64,000 bases of DNA. It comes from Octopus vulgaris. Lineage: Eukaryota. The stretch lies in NCBI GenBank assembly GCA_951406725.2, contig OX597824.1, forward strand, positions 98,642,001 through 98,706,000, written 5' to 3'. Shown here piece by piece: positions 39,351 through 52,557 of this stretch. The position numbers and the translations under genes are program-made. Within the stretch, counting starts at the first letter, position 1; each line of letters opens with the position of its first letter. The notes below the pieces were generated by a model. The model saw only the letters and a list, made by a program, of their open reading frames with translations. It was not told the DNA's origin and did not search any database.

Positions 39351-39359
39351 ATAGAACGG

Positions 39360-39800
39360 ATTAGAATCGGTCGGGTCCATCTTGAAGATCGCCCCACCGA
39401 CCTCCTTTGAGAAGGCAGTGTTCTTCTATCTGGTAACTATAGCGGAAAAGGTTGTGAGATGGGTGAGACTGAAAATATTGATGTCAAACACCTTTCCTTC
39501 TAGTCAAGCCCTCATTGACTCTAAGCTGCATTTGGAAAGGAGAGTGAGGATGGAGATGGAAGTGCTCTCCTCCACTTGATTTGGGAAAAGGTGGGTGACT
39601 GTGGAAAAAATAGTTAGGAATAAATGGAGCTACTCTAGGCATGTGTCTGTAAATTGGAGAGCAACAGAAGGATGGAGGAGTCATGCTCTTGGTAACAGGA
39701 TGATCCTGGATGTGTGGAGTTCCTTGATTGGCTCTAATTGGAGGCTCTCCTCTATCAGGAGGACTGCATCATCCATGTATCCATGTATATTGGACATTAT
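39360..39800 (+). mobile_element. 3' fragment of the same L1/Tx1-like family
   Basis: gaagatcgccccaccgacctccttt...aagccctcattgact...ttggaaaggagagtgagg aligns with 36110-36310. Confidence 0.6.
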
Positions 39801-39809
39801 ACATAATAT

Positions 39810-39859
<50 letters not shown>

Positions 39860-40004
39860 AGGTGTAGGTGTGCGTACACACACACACAGAATCTCATTTC
39901 TCTCCATCTACCTCCGTTTTTCCCGCGCTACTTTTATGTAAACACTCAATTTGTAATTTTCCCCGCATTAGATGCCCCTGTGGTAAGTAAAGGAAATGTC
40001 TATT

Positions 40005-40084
<80 letters not shown>

Positions 40085-40530
40085 ACACACACGCACATAC
40101 ACAGACAAACGAATTGTGCCTACCATTCCAAACCATCTCCTTTCACCAATTTCCCCTGACAGAGAATTGGCCAGTCAAAGATTACAGTGAAAGAGCCCTC
40201 GTCTAAACTGCCATACTGTGAGATTGAACACGTAACCACGTGGCTAGGAAACGAGCTTCTTCCTCTTTTACTCAGCCGGCCACCCGTAATGTCATTGTAA
40301 CCGAAACACTTGTGTAAAGCTGCTGGAAGCTGTCCTCACTTTGAGAAGCGAGAGGACGGACGTTAACGAGTCCCGCAGCAGCAGCAGCAGCGACCGGTGA
40401 GAGTCTTTCAAGGAGAAGATGTCGCCTCGAGAGCCGCTCCTTATTACTCACCTGTCACACTCCATTGTTCTCAGCTGAAACTTCGAAATCTTAATTATCA
40501 TTATGTCATTATGTTAATTAAAACAACGTT

Positions 40531-40601
<71 letters not shown>

Positions 40602-41711
40602 CATTGAAATATAAATTTATTAATTAAGGTGATAAACTGGTCGGTAGGTTAGTTGGGTGGTAGAATCGTTAGATCATTGGATAATTTTTTGCTTTTTTTT
40701 TTCGTTGTTTTTCCTTTTTTAGATTTTCTTTGCTGCTTACATTGTGAGTTCAAATCCCACCCAGACTGACTTTGCCGTTCAGCCTTCAAAAGTCGATGGA
40801 ATAGGGTACCAACGAAATACTGGGACCAACTCTTATATATTTCCGTACTTCATTCGGCTTTAGTTCATGTTTTAAGTGGATCCGGTTGCAACTAGAACTC
40901 AGACCAACTGAGTAATTCTCTTTCATTCTACGCACTTCTGATCGCCAATCATTGTGGTATAATAACAGGGTGTTGAGAGAGTTACCTACTGTAGATTAGC
41001 GTCCTACCCAGGAGAAATCAGGGAAATTACAAACAGTTTCGTTATTAAATATATTAAATGTTGTCTTTTACGTTTCTTCTGAAATTTTCGAAACTACAAG
41101 AAAAATCAAAGACCGAGAGAGGAATCGTGGTTTTGGACTGTTCCACCATAGCAAAAACAATAAACAATTAGAACGTTACATATTCGTTATATGAGAAGTG
41201 AAGTGACAGAATGGTTAGAGGGATCAGACAGAATAACTCGTGGTATTTATACCGAGCGATTCTCTGAGTTCTGAGTTCAAAACCTCACCCAGGTAAACTT
41301 TGCTTTTCATCCTTTGAAAAACCAAAAATGGCAATCCGAGGCGGTGGAGTGACAGAATTGAAAACCGTCTGACCAGATGCCTTGCGCTATTTATTTCGAT
41401 CCATTGCATTCAAAGATCAAATCTCAGCATGTCCTACTTTACTGCTAGAGTTGATCCGTCGCTCAGTTTAACAGCCCAACCTTGGTGGGAGGGGTCCGAT
41501 TTAAGGATATCTTTTGCTCCTAACTCCCCACCACGCTCTTGTCTAGGAGGCTATGGAAAGGGTCGCAAGCCCTTCCTTTCTTCCTTATTAAAAAAGATAA
41601 ACATTTTTACTGCGATGTGTCTGATTTGGTCAAATCCAATATGGCGTTAAGATGTTTTAATTGGTCCCATGGTGGGATGTTGTCATTGAACGTGTAAAAC
41701 CAAAACAATTA

Positions 41712-41869
41712 CGGAAGTGACTGTGTGGTAAGCAATCTGCTTTTCAATCACATGGTTCAGGGTTCAGTCCCACTGCGTGTCAGCTTGGGCAAGTGTCTTC
41801 TACTATAACCACAGGCCGAGTAAAGTCTTGTGAATGGATTTATGGATTTGGTCGACTGAAAGAAACCTG

Positions 41870-41949
<80 letters not shown>

Positions 41950-42136
41950 GTGTCCACCACCGCTTGATAACTGATGTGTTTACGCCACAGTGACTTAGCG
42001 GTTCAGCAAAAGAAACCGATGGTGCCAGGTTTAGAAAATAAAAGTTCTAGAGTTCGATTCATTCAAGTACAGTTCTTCAAAGCAGTGCCCCAGCATGGCC
42101 GCAGTCTAACGGCTGAAACAAGTAAAAGATAAAAGA
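41712..42136 (+). mobile_element. SINE family A, full length, internal (TG)n
   Basis: gtgactgtgtggtaag; gggttcagtcccactgcgtg; ttgggcaagtgtcttctactata; cagcatggccgcagtc; aagtaaaagataaaag. Confidence 0.9.
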
Positions 42137-42714
42137 TTTTTATAAAGATGTCTGATAAAAACCATTTTATAGATATTTGCCAACAAAATCAGATTAAATT
42201 GATTGAAAAGTTTTAGAATATCCACCGTTCTTGTAGATGTTTCCATAGAATCGGCCTACGTAAATCTATGGAAGGCAAGACAGGTCAATATTGGTTAAAT
42301 ATTCCACCAATAACAAGTATGAAAATAGAACCAACCGGACATTTATCAAAAGACTCGGAATCTAGAAAAAAAAGATGTCCAGTGATGGAATTGAGAAATA
42401 AATCAAAAATGTTGTTGTTGTTGTTGTTTAGCTCCAAATGTGATATGATCCAGGTGGCATAAGATTAAAAGCGTTTTAACCATGACCATCCCACCTGATA
42501 TTCAGATATACTGTGTCTCTACTATATTAGTTAATGTCTCCAGTTTTTAAAGACAATAAGGAGTGATTTGAAGAACATTTGGCTGCTATTTCTAGTAGAC
42601 CCAGATATTTCAAAATGTCCTTTCATTTTATGTTTACTTCCATCTTTCTCCTCCCTTCCTCTCTCTCTCTCTCTCACATTCCTTTTATCTCCCTCCTCCT
42701 CCTTTCTCTTTCTC

Positions 42715-42752
<38 letters not shown>

Positions 42753-43318
42753 GTCTCCTCATCTTCCTTTGCACTACACCAATTATTCCTTCCCTCCATC
42801 CTTCCTTCCGTCCTTCCCTCCTCCATCTTTCTTACATTTTTCCTCTTCATTTTCCTTCCTCTCCATCCTCCTTCTCTCCATCTCTCACCATCATCGGCGG
42901 TAATTAAAATAACGATGACCAAACCCCGTAATGTTTTAATTAGAAATGTAATTTTGATGATCTCATTAATAGAAATTCACTAAAGATATAATTACTGCAC
43001 CTGACCACGGCCACAACACAAACAACAACATCAAAAACAACGGTAATTACCGCAAAAACTCCAACAGTAACAACAACAACAACAATAATAAAAGTCACAA
43101 ATATAGCAATGGACGCCGTGTGAAAATTATTGCGATGGCAGCAACGAGGCTGTGGTGGGTCAGGCGGAGTGTCTGACACCATCGACTTTCGTCTCTTTAC
43201 GTTCTCAGTTCAATTCCTGGACAGGGTGAGCTTGAGTTTTCTATGACAGGTTTAACAATATTGTTGTACCTGTGGCTCACCATATTGTTATATATCGGGC
43301 ATCTATATGGTTGTGTAT

Positions 43319-43416
<98 letters not shown>

Positions 43417-43477
43417 TAAGGAGAATTCACAAATTATTTTTATTATTAGTTTGACGCTCAGGAAAAATGGAAGAAGA

Positions 43478-43513
43478 CTTTGACATTTCGAGTCTACGCT
43501 CTTCTTCAGAAAG
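43478..43513 (-). ncRNA. Minimal type I hammerhead ribozyme
   Basis: Minus: cttt-CTGAAGA-a-gag-cgtaga-ctc-GAAA-t-GTC-aaag; stem I cttt/aaag, stem II gag/ctc, GUC site; degraded relative at about 12925-12958 (+). Confidence 0.7.
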
Positions 43514-44021
43514 GAATCAGAAGAGAAAAAAAGATGGAGAGAGACAAAAATTGCGAGAGAAAAATCGTCTCTAAACTAACGGTTGCACGTGTTGATTTGA
43601 CCGGTAGAAAGGAAATTATGTATATGTATGTTTGTATGTAACTGTATGTCTTCATATATATATATGTATACATTCATGCATCATATATATAAATACCTTG
43701 ATCCTGTTTAACTGTATATACTTGGGTACGGCAGTATAGTTACTTATTTAGCGTTGACATTGTAAATTACCCCAACTTACATCCACAACGACCTTCCCCT
43801 TGGTCAGCTTCAATCTAACCAAAACTCCCCCTCTCCTTTTCTTTATTCTTAACAACTTTAGACAGTTGCCTTCTCCCATATTTTATTTTTTCATACATAT
43901 GTTTTTCTATTTTGGTTTTTTTCACTCCGTTTATCCGGCTTCACCGCACCTTTTAAGTCATCTCCTGCGAGTTAACACTGGATTCCGTGACGACAATGTA
44001 ACCTTCATTTAACTAAGGTAT

Positions 44022-44109
44022 ATTCAGCCTGATGAGCAGCTAGTAGAGTACCCCTCGTTGAGTAATTATCATTTCCGAAGTTCTGCTACGAAAGACATGT
44101 AGCCTGGAT
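44022..44109 (+). ncRNA. Type I hammerhead with extended stem II
   Basis: attcagc-CTGATGA-gcagctagtaga...tctgctac-GAAA-gacat-GTA-gcctggat; paralogue at 45918-46003. Confidence 0.6.
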
Positions 44110-44442
44110 TTTACCTGCTGTTCCATTCCTTCATTTTGGATTTCTCTTCGCATTCATAGCAAACCTCGTTGTTAACCGAGGAATATCGAACTTCGATATG
44201 GAAAAACACTTACAACCTTCAGACGCCAATAAACTATTATTGTTCCTGAAAGTTGTTTTTGATACTTACCACGGACTGCTCAAAGCTTACGAACTTCCTA
44301 CACTTGGATCCTTGGATCTTAACGTTACATATTATATAAACATGCGTCCGTGTTGCGCGATTCGAAACTCGTGGAACATCTTTCTACTCTCCAAACTAAA
44401 ATGTGTTGAGTTCTTATTTCTTGATTAGTCTAGTGAACCATT

Positions 44443-44478
<36 letters not shown>

Positions 44479-44529
44479 GTGTGTCTGTCTGTCTGTGTGA
44501 GTGTGTGGGTGTATTATGTGTGGATGTGT

Positions 44530-44724
44530 GTGTGTGTTTGTCTCCAACCACCGCTTTACAGCCGGTGTTGGTGTGTTTACGTCCTCATAGCTTAGCGGTT
44601 TGGCAAAAATGCGAAGGCAGAAAATTAAGTACCGAGGTCGTATCATTCGACTAAAAACTCTTCAGAGCGGTGCTCCAGCATGGCCGCTGTCTAATGACTG
44701 AAACAAGTAAAAGATAAAAGAAAA
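44530..44724 (+). mobile_element. SINE family A 3' half
   Basis: ggtgttggtgtgtttacgtcc...gcggtgctccagcatggccgctgtctaatgactgaaacaagtaaaag. Confidence 0.85.
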
Positions 44725-45917
44725 GGTATATTAATGGGTATGCTCAGAGACAGAGCAAGAGAGAATGAGAGATAGCGATTGATTAACCCCCACTAAATGA
44801 CTGGTACTTCATTTTCCGATTCCGAAATGATGAAAGGTAAAGTTAAACTTGGTAAAGTTTGAACTTTGAATGAAAAGATCGAAACCATCCGAGAAATTAT
44901 TAAAAATGTAAAGAAATTGTGAGCGAAGACGATGGCTAATTCGAAGAATATGAACTCTAAAGAGAGTTTATTGAAATCCGTAAGTTTGGTTAGTTTGAGT
45001 GAGAAAAATGTAACATTTTGGTGTAGTTATATTCTTCCTTCATTTCATAGCAGCCGACCTCCTGACACAATGAAACTCACTTTAACCTTCATTACCATAG
45101 CTACCGACACAGAAATTTGCCAGTTTCTGTGGATTTCAGATTTTAGCCAAAACATAACACAAATGTTTATTATACCAATAAAATTAGCCAGAGTTTATCA
45201 ATATGTAAAAAAAAGATGACAGAGACGAGTTGAAATAAAAACACTGAATTAATGAAAGCTTCTGGTAAGGAGCGAAACTGATAGACGAAGATGTGCGGTG
45301 ATGAAAAGAGACATTAGATTGTTTGTAAGAAAGAAGAATTGATAATGAATGGAGGTCCCCAGCATCTCCAGAATTCTATTGCACAGAATATATTAATCCA
45401 CAGCTCTGTCGGTAACTGAATGCACAAGTATTAAATAATCTATCAAAGAAAACAATGGAGGTAAAAAAATCGATCAACATAAATAGAAAATATACGGAAG
45501 TTAAGCAATATGGCGGCGATGAAGGACTAACGAAACGAGAGAAATAAAAGAATGGAATGAATAAAATAGCGAAGGAAATAATGAACTCTGGGAAGGTTCT
45601 AGAACATCATTCGCTTTCTTGTTTCTCATTTTAGTGACTTAGAGGATAGGATATTAGGTTCATTATCATTAGATTGCGAGTTCAATTCCCAGAGCGGGCA
45701 GGGTGTTGTGTCTTTGAATGTTGTATTATAAATACACACACTCTCTCGCTCTTACACTCTTACACTCAGAGTAGCCAGGTGTATACCGCAGGTTAATCTT
45801 CAGGTAAAGGATATCTTGATTAAATAAAAGGGGGTACATTTTGATCGAATCTTCCATGTGGAAACGTGTACCTCCTGGCGACAATGTAACCGTTAATCTA
45901 ATCAAGATATCCTTTAC

Positions 45918-46003
45918 CTGAAGAGTAACCAGCGGTACACACCTGGCTTGGATGTTTACCACTTCCGTGGTTCCGCTCGCTATGGAACATATGTAGCCCG
46001 GAT
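45918..46003 (+). ncRNA. Degenerate paralogue of the 44022 hammerhead
   Basis: CTGAAGA-gtaaccagcgg...ccgctcgctat-GGAA-catat-GTA-gcccggat; the upstream flank cgacaatgtaacc is shared. Confidence 0.45.
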
Positions 46004-46278
46004 CTTATCCACTCCATTCCTTAACTCCTTTATTCTTATTCGCACACCCGACAACCCTGGTCGCCTACCATGGAATATAAAACTTATCGTAAATTGATAA
46101 GAAAATATCCACACCCTTCCGACTCAATAAATTAATATTGTCCTCTGAAAGCTGTTTTTTTAAATATTTACTACGGATTGCTTGAAGCTAACTTTCTTCC
46201 TACACCTCGATCCTTGGAACTTTTATTAAGATGTTTATGGCAACGACAACGACGATGAGGGCGAGGATGATGATGATG

Positions 46279-46334
<56 letters not shown>

Positions 46335-46374
46335 CATTATTATTATTATTTTGTATTCTGTTTGTATTTTCCAG

Positions 46375-46527
46375 TGAGCATGCCTACGGTTGCCGGCATT
46401 GTTGTTGGCACCTTCCTGCTACTGTGTAGTATTGTAGCAATGGCCTTTGTCTGCTGGAAATGTTCCTACTGTCGGACAAGAGGCTTTTGGGATAACAACA
46501 TTAAAAAACTCATCAGAAAAATTCACG
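46375..46527 (+). CDS. Internal coding exon (phase 1-1, 153 nt): transmembrane helix and juxtamembrane segment of a single-pass membrane protein
   Basis: Acceptor tttgtattttccag|, donor CACG|gtaagt; open frame xSMPTVAGIVVGTFLLLCSIVAMAFVCWKCSYCRTRGFWDNNIKKLIRKIH; hydrophobic stretch followed by Cys and basic residues. Confidence 0.8.
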
Positions 46528-47296
46528 GTAAGTAATTCACTAACCTAGACCTCATCTTGAAGACCTTGTGGTTGTTGTTGTTGCTGTTGTTGTTGTTGGC
46601 TGTTGTATTGCGTTGATGCTGTTGTTGTTGTTACTGTCGTTGATATAGTTCTGGTCGAAACCTGAAATCTAGACATAGATATTCAAACATAAACAAGCCA
46701 ACTCAGCCCCTTCCATCCCCGCATATGTAATATAACTTCCTCTTCAGTGTAGATGCTGCTACTCAGAGTTTGGTCGCTGTCCAAGAAGTACGGAGTCTGT
46801 CCTCTTACATATTGTGTGAATTACGCATATCGTTGATGTGGTGCCATCATTATATACTTTTCATGGTGAAAGACACAATTCCTCGCAGAGATTAACCGAC
46901 TTTATCTCATTACAGAATCATCAGAATGTCTGATAATCCATGCTCAAATGAAAATGGACAGCCATTGTGACTGGATATGTGTCCCTTGCTTTTAAATTAA
47001 ACTGTTCACTGTCGGGATAAAATATTTTGGCCTTAAACTCTCAAGTATAAGCACTTATACTTGAAATAATTTCAAGGGAATCTGGTCCCTAGAAAGTTCA
47101 AAGCAGAGGAATTTTGTTGGTTATTATGACAACTTTAAAAGAAATTGTTGCTAACTATGAACGAGAAGAAAACGAAAAGAACGCGTTGAGAACATCCCCC
47201 CCCCCCCCGCACAGACACATATTTACAAACAACACTCGAACATAAGTACAAGTCATAACAAAATCACACACATGCGCAAAGATGCTTTTTCATAAT

Positions 47297-47447
47297 GCAT
47301 ACATACATACATACATACATTCATACATACGTACATACATACATACATACATACATACATACATACATACATACATACATACATACATACATACATACAT
47401 ACATACATACATACATACATACATACATACATACATACATACATACA
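47297..47447. repeat. (TACA)n array, target of the adjacent LINE
   Basis: Direct reading. Confidence 0.95.
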
Positions 47448-47915
47448 TTCAGCTAAAGATCAGCGAAAAAGAGAACACCTATGCTGAAATTTTGAGAAAT
47501 CTACAGTTACTATTGAGAGATCTAGTCATTCTATCCAGATTACAAATTATTGGGGCCCTGGGATATGTAACACAATGCCTAAATACCAATCTTGGGAAAT
47601 TAGGCTTTTCAAAACCAGAAAGGAGAAAGCTAATTCGAAGACTACAGATCCAATCCATCACTGGAACTGTAAAAATCTGTAAAACTTTCTAGAAGTTTAT
47701 CATTTAAATATATATGAGCATGTCTAGATATGTAACTATATGCATGAGAATACATAAAACATACAAATCTGCACATACATACATACATACATACATACAT
47801 ACATACATACAAACAAATTCCTATGACGGAGCCTTGGATCTAACTTAGATATCGGTTCTTTCTCTATTGCCAAGAAATCTTGAAATAAATTGAATAATGA
47901 CATACATACATACAA
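47448..47915 (+). mobile_element. 5'-truncated R4/Dong-like LINE in (TACA)n
   Basis: IQLKISEKENTYAEILRNLQLL..IIGALGYV..LGKLGFSKPERRKLIRRLQIQSITGTVKICKTF; 3' UTR with internal and terminal (TACA)n; homologous to 22850-23200. Confidence 0.85.
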
Positions 47916-48590
47916 ACATACATGCATGCATACATGTGTGCATGCATGCATGTAGGCACAACAATATTTGTGTACGCCACAATCACTTTCAAATTCGTGA
48001 AATTAACAATATATCAACTTCAACGTTTCCCTCGAGGCCGTAGGTTTTTTCCCCTTTCATCCAACGGCTTGTTTACTTTTCTCACATAAAATTCAACATG
48101 TTTTTTCATGTATCAGTAATTAAGATGCGTATTATTGTTGTTTTTGTTGTTGCTTCTTCTGCTGCTGCTGTTGTTGTTGTTGTTGTTCTCATGCAATTAA
48201 GATAAAAGTAGTTTCAATTTTTTAATAAGAATAAATAAATTAGATAAACAATTACAAACAAAACACAAATTTTGGACTTCTTCAAAACCGTTTCATTTCA
48301 CTTGTTAATGGCGTCTCGTAACATCAATGAAAGCGAAAGCAAACAGAGCGCCACCTACACGTGGGACCCCGGCCAAAAGGAAAAGAACATTCAGCCCTAA
48401 AAACTGAATTGGTGTTGTAAGCTGGAAGAACGCCTATATACAGGTTTGTGTTATATACATAGACATACATAGAAGAAGAGGTAAGAGGAAAGATACATCT
48501 ATATAGATAAAACTACACAGAAACAAAATAACATACGCGCACACACACACACAAACTAACATATGTATATACATAGATATATATATGTGC

Positions 48591-48722
<132 letters not shown>

Positions 48723-48749
48723 CATACATATATATATATGTTTCTGCCC

Positions 48750-49285
48750 TGTTGCACACCATTGATTTTAGTGCTTCATTATAAAACGATGCTATTTTAT
48801 CAAAAATATCTTTATCAGATGAAACAGTCGAAATCCTTGATAACGAAGATTTTTTTTATTATTTCGGATGGTGGATGGTTAGAATTTATATTTATCTATG
48901 AAGGTTTCTCATTGGGATTTCCGTAAGAGTTCTCTTTTTCACTTCTCAGCATCAACGTTGCAATTAGTTTACTCTCGATATGTTTGTCTCCTCCATTATT
49001 TCCAGGTCTAGTTCCTTAAATAATTCAATTAGGTAATCTTTAAATTTATCCATCTCCTAAGCGTCTATTTTGGGACATGCCGGTCTTGGAAGATATTTTG
49101 CTTATGTGGACTACGATGTGAAGTCCTACATGTGAAGTCCTACAACTCCACATGTTTCAGCTCCATCTTTGGACCCGATAGTGACATCAAAGTGATTTGT
49201 GTGAATGATGATGTCTATATTTTGATCGCAAATTTCAGCGAATCTTTTGGCGAAGTTTAGGGATTCTAGCAGCAGAGGCTTTCTA
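48750..49285 (-). mobile_element. Penelope-like element RT remnant
   Basis: Minus: LLESLNFAK..NIDIII; FDVTIGSKDGAETC..VGL; PNEKP..ININSNHPP; [21 protein letters not shown] (PLE FDVTMGS.DGAE.CELVG and SNHPP motifs). Confidence 0.8.
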
Positions 49286-49776
49286 AGGGCCACCACCAAA
49301 ACACAAGCCCTTTACTTTGTCTCTTAACTAGTGACCAGTACCAAAATTTAAACAATATCACAAGAACTGACCACGCGCAGCAAACACACACACACACACA
49401 CACAAATAAATAGTCATCTGTTCAACTAGAAAAGCACCGATGTTGTTCACATAAACAACCCCACCTCCTCAAAATGAACAGCAGATACAACATTCATTAG
49501 AAACGCACCCTTAACTGAACCCATTCAAAAGACATTATTAAAGAAACCTATTCAAAACATTCGGCTGATAAACCTCACACACACACACACACACACATAC
49601 ACACGCACGCACATACACACTCATAAAGAAAATCGTTACAGAATCTTTACAGAAGTAAACAAATGAATAACACCACTGACCAAGGAGATATTTTTCATCC
49701 AGAAAATAGCGCACCAAATGACCGCACACCTCCACCCACCTATAAGCACATTTTCTTTAAAGAAATGCAAAATTCC

Positions 49777-49808
<32 letters not shown>

Positions 49809-50313
49809 GCCGCACAGAAGAGTACACACCCATTTTACAGATAAACGCATACATAGAAGGCAATTGAAATACTCCGCACATACATACACCCAGGTTAAGT
49901 TTACTCAAAGAAATCAAATAATGAAACTAAATATAATAATTGTCAGAAAAATCAATTAACGCACTTACCACCAACCTACCACCTTTTTCCACCAACCTAC
50001 CACCTTTTTCCACCAACAAACTAATAACAACCCACAACATCGATACAACTTACAACCAATCGAATAACACAAGTCTCAGTCCACCCACCTACCTCAATGA
50101 TTCGCCACCAAAAATGAGTTATTTTAGTTTCACCTGATGATCCCACCAGAGTCCCACCAGATGATCCCACTGCAGTCGCGAGACAAACTCTCGGCTTCAC
50201 TCGCCATAAAAATGCTCCATCCTCAACAAGCATTTCGTTCTCTTTTCTCATCCGTTTGTCATTAATAACGTACACATACATATATAAATAGATATATACT
50301 TATGCATATACAT

Positions 50314-50377
<64 letters not shown>

Positions 50378-50379
50378 AT

Positions 50380-50433
<54 letters not shown>

Positions 50434-50599
50434 AGATATTTATTTGTATATTTATGTATATATGTGTGTGTGTACCTGTTATATATATATATAAATATAT
50501 TCATATATTTACATATATAGATATATGGATATATAAGTATGTAGATGTGTGTTTGTATATGTCTATACAGACATACACACAGACACAGACACAGACACA

Positions 50600-50647
<48 letters not shown>

Positions 50648-50954
50648 CATATACATGCATATATATATATGTATACATGTATGTATGTATGTATGTACAT
50701 ACATTACAGCAAAATAAATATGATATAAACAAGGATATCATATCAACATATATATATATATATATATATATATCAGTATTTTTTCACGTTTGCTTTACGA
50801 TCTGAGATGCTGAGTCACGTGACTGACAATGAAATGTCTTTTTTCTGGCAGTTATCAGTTCGCTTGACGTAGGAAAGTGTCAAGAAATATGACTGACATC
50901 CAATCATTATTAATGGATGAAGATAATATTCCATATATGGATCTACGTGCATAC

Positions 50955-50995
<41 letters not shown>

Positions 50996-51333
50996 CACAC
51001 ACGCATGCACACACGCACGCATGCACGTACGTACACACATGAGAATATAGGCAAATAATTGTTTGATTGTTCTGATGATGTGTTCGAAATATATAAACGT
51101 TATTAAATTTATTCTCTTTACTGCATTGTACGAAGTTCTCCAACTATATATAAATAAATTAAGCAGAAATGTGATTCCTGATAAACTCTTGTTTATTTTG
51201 TTATTGCCTGTATCCTATGAGCATAATATGCTTGCATATGTATGCCCCGAGTTAAGATAGGTAATTTTATACTGGTAGTAAAAACGGATATTCTTATCCC
51301 TTAGATGGTTATTCCAACCGCTAACTCTACTAG

Positions 51334-51405
<72 letters not shown>

Positions 51406-51502
51406 CTTTTTTTAAATAACTTACCGGCGTTCCCGTCATTATATATGCAGTAATCACATTCGGTTAAAATGTGTTATTGATGCGTTTTGTTTCTCTTTTT
51501 TT

Positions 51503-51585
51503 CCCCTGATGAGAAGATTGCAATACTTTACATAATTTTATTCCTTCTGGAATAATACCAATGTTTTCTTCGAAACATATGTCGG
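51503..51585 (+). ncRNA. Type I hammerhead ribozyme with intact core and long loop II
   Basis: cc-CTGATGA-gaaga...tcttc-GAAA-CATAT-GTC-gg; stem II 5 bp perfect; palindromic stem III ACATATGT; GUC site; stem I short. Confidence 0.7.
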
Positions 51586-51861
51586 CTGTATAAAGATTTG
51601 AATAACACTTGCGTTTAACATCATTTATTTATTTATCTATGATAGACAAAGACATTTCACCGAAACCTGGAATTTCTACCTTATAAGTAGGCTGTTACAT
51701 CCTTGGTACCTACGTGAAGTTTTACTACCCTGGAAATATTTATTCATTTATTCCATGTTATTTGTAAACATTGAAAAAGTATACACACACATACACACAC
51801 ATACACACACGCACACACACACACGCACACACACACATATAATATATATATATATATATAT

Positions 51862-52071
51862 GTTTGTGCATCTGTGTGTGTGTCCCCTACCCATCGCTTG
51901 ACAACCGATGTTGGTGTGTTTACGTCCCCGTAAATTGGCGGTTCGGCAATAAGAGGCCAATAGAATAAGTACTAAGCTTACAAAGAATAAGTCCTGGAAT
52001 CGATATGTTCGACTAAAGGCGCTGCTCCAGCATGGCCGCAGTCAAATGACTGAAACAAGTAAAAGAATAAA
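51862..52071 (+). mobile_element. SINE family A 3' half, young-looking
   Basis: cgcttgacaaccgatgttggtgtgtttacgtccccg...cagcatggccgcagtcaaatgactgaaacaagtaaaag. Confidence 0.9.
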
Positions 52072-52312
52072 TTTTAGTCACAATATATGGATTCAACTAA
52101 TCCGGTGATAATCGTAAACAACCTCCTTAGATCTACATTCACTGGAAACATTGCATATACATTAATGCAGACATGTCATTTATTACTTGTTACAAAGTAT
52201 TATAGAATAAATTATGTACACACGTTTATTAAGTTACGAAACAGTTGTCTTTAAATAAGAATTTCCACTGGTAAAATAAATTTTATCGTACTATATTTCT
52301 CTCTTATTTATG

Positions 52313-52358
<46 letters not shown>

Positions 52359-52505
52359 TCACACACAGACACACGCAGGCGTGTGTGTGTGAGTGTGTGT
52401 ATGTGTGTGCATACGTATACATGTATGCATGTGTGTATGTAGTTAAGTGGGCTAGTAGGTAGATAGGTAGGCAGGCAGATAGGTATGTTGTTACTTATGT
52501 AGGTA

Positions 52506-52557
<52 letters not shown>

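Noticed and set aside
40396-40475. Splice-like sites on both strands (ccg|gtgaga; minus cag|gtgagt; ttctcag|)
   Set aside because: No coherent coding exon can be built from them
46748-46787. Acceptor cttcctcttcag as the next exon after the TM exon
   Set aside because: Immediate stop in the phase-1 frame, and it appears to lie within a diverged repeat
50134-50200. CTGATGA-tcccac with a local duplication
   Set aside because: Possibly a PLE hammerhead relic, but the GAAA and 3' arm are too decayed to support
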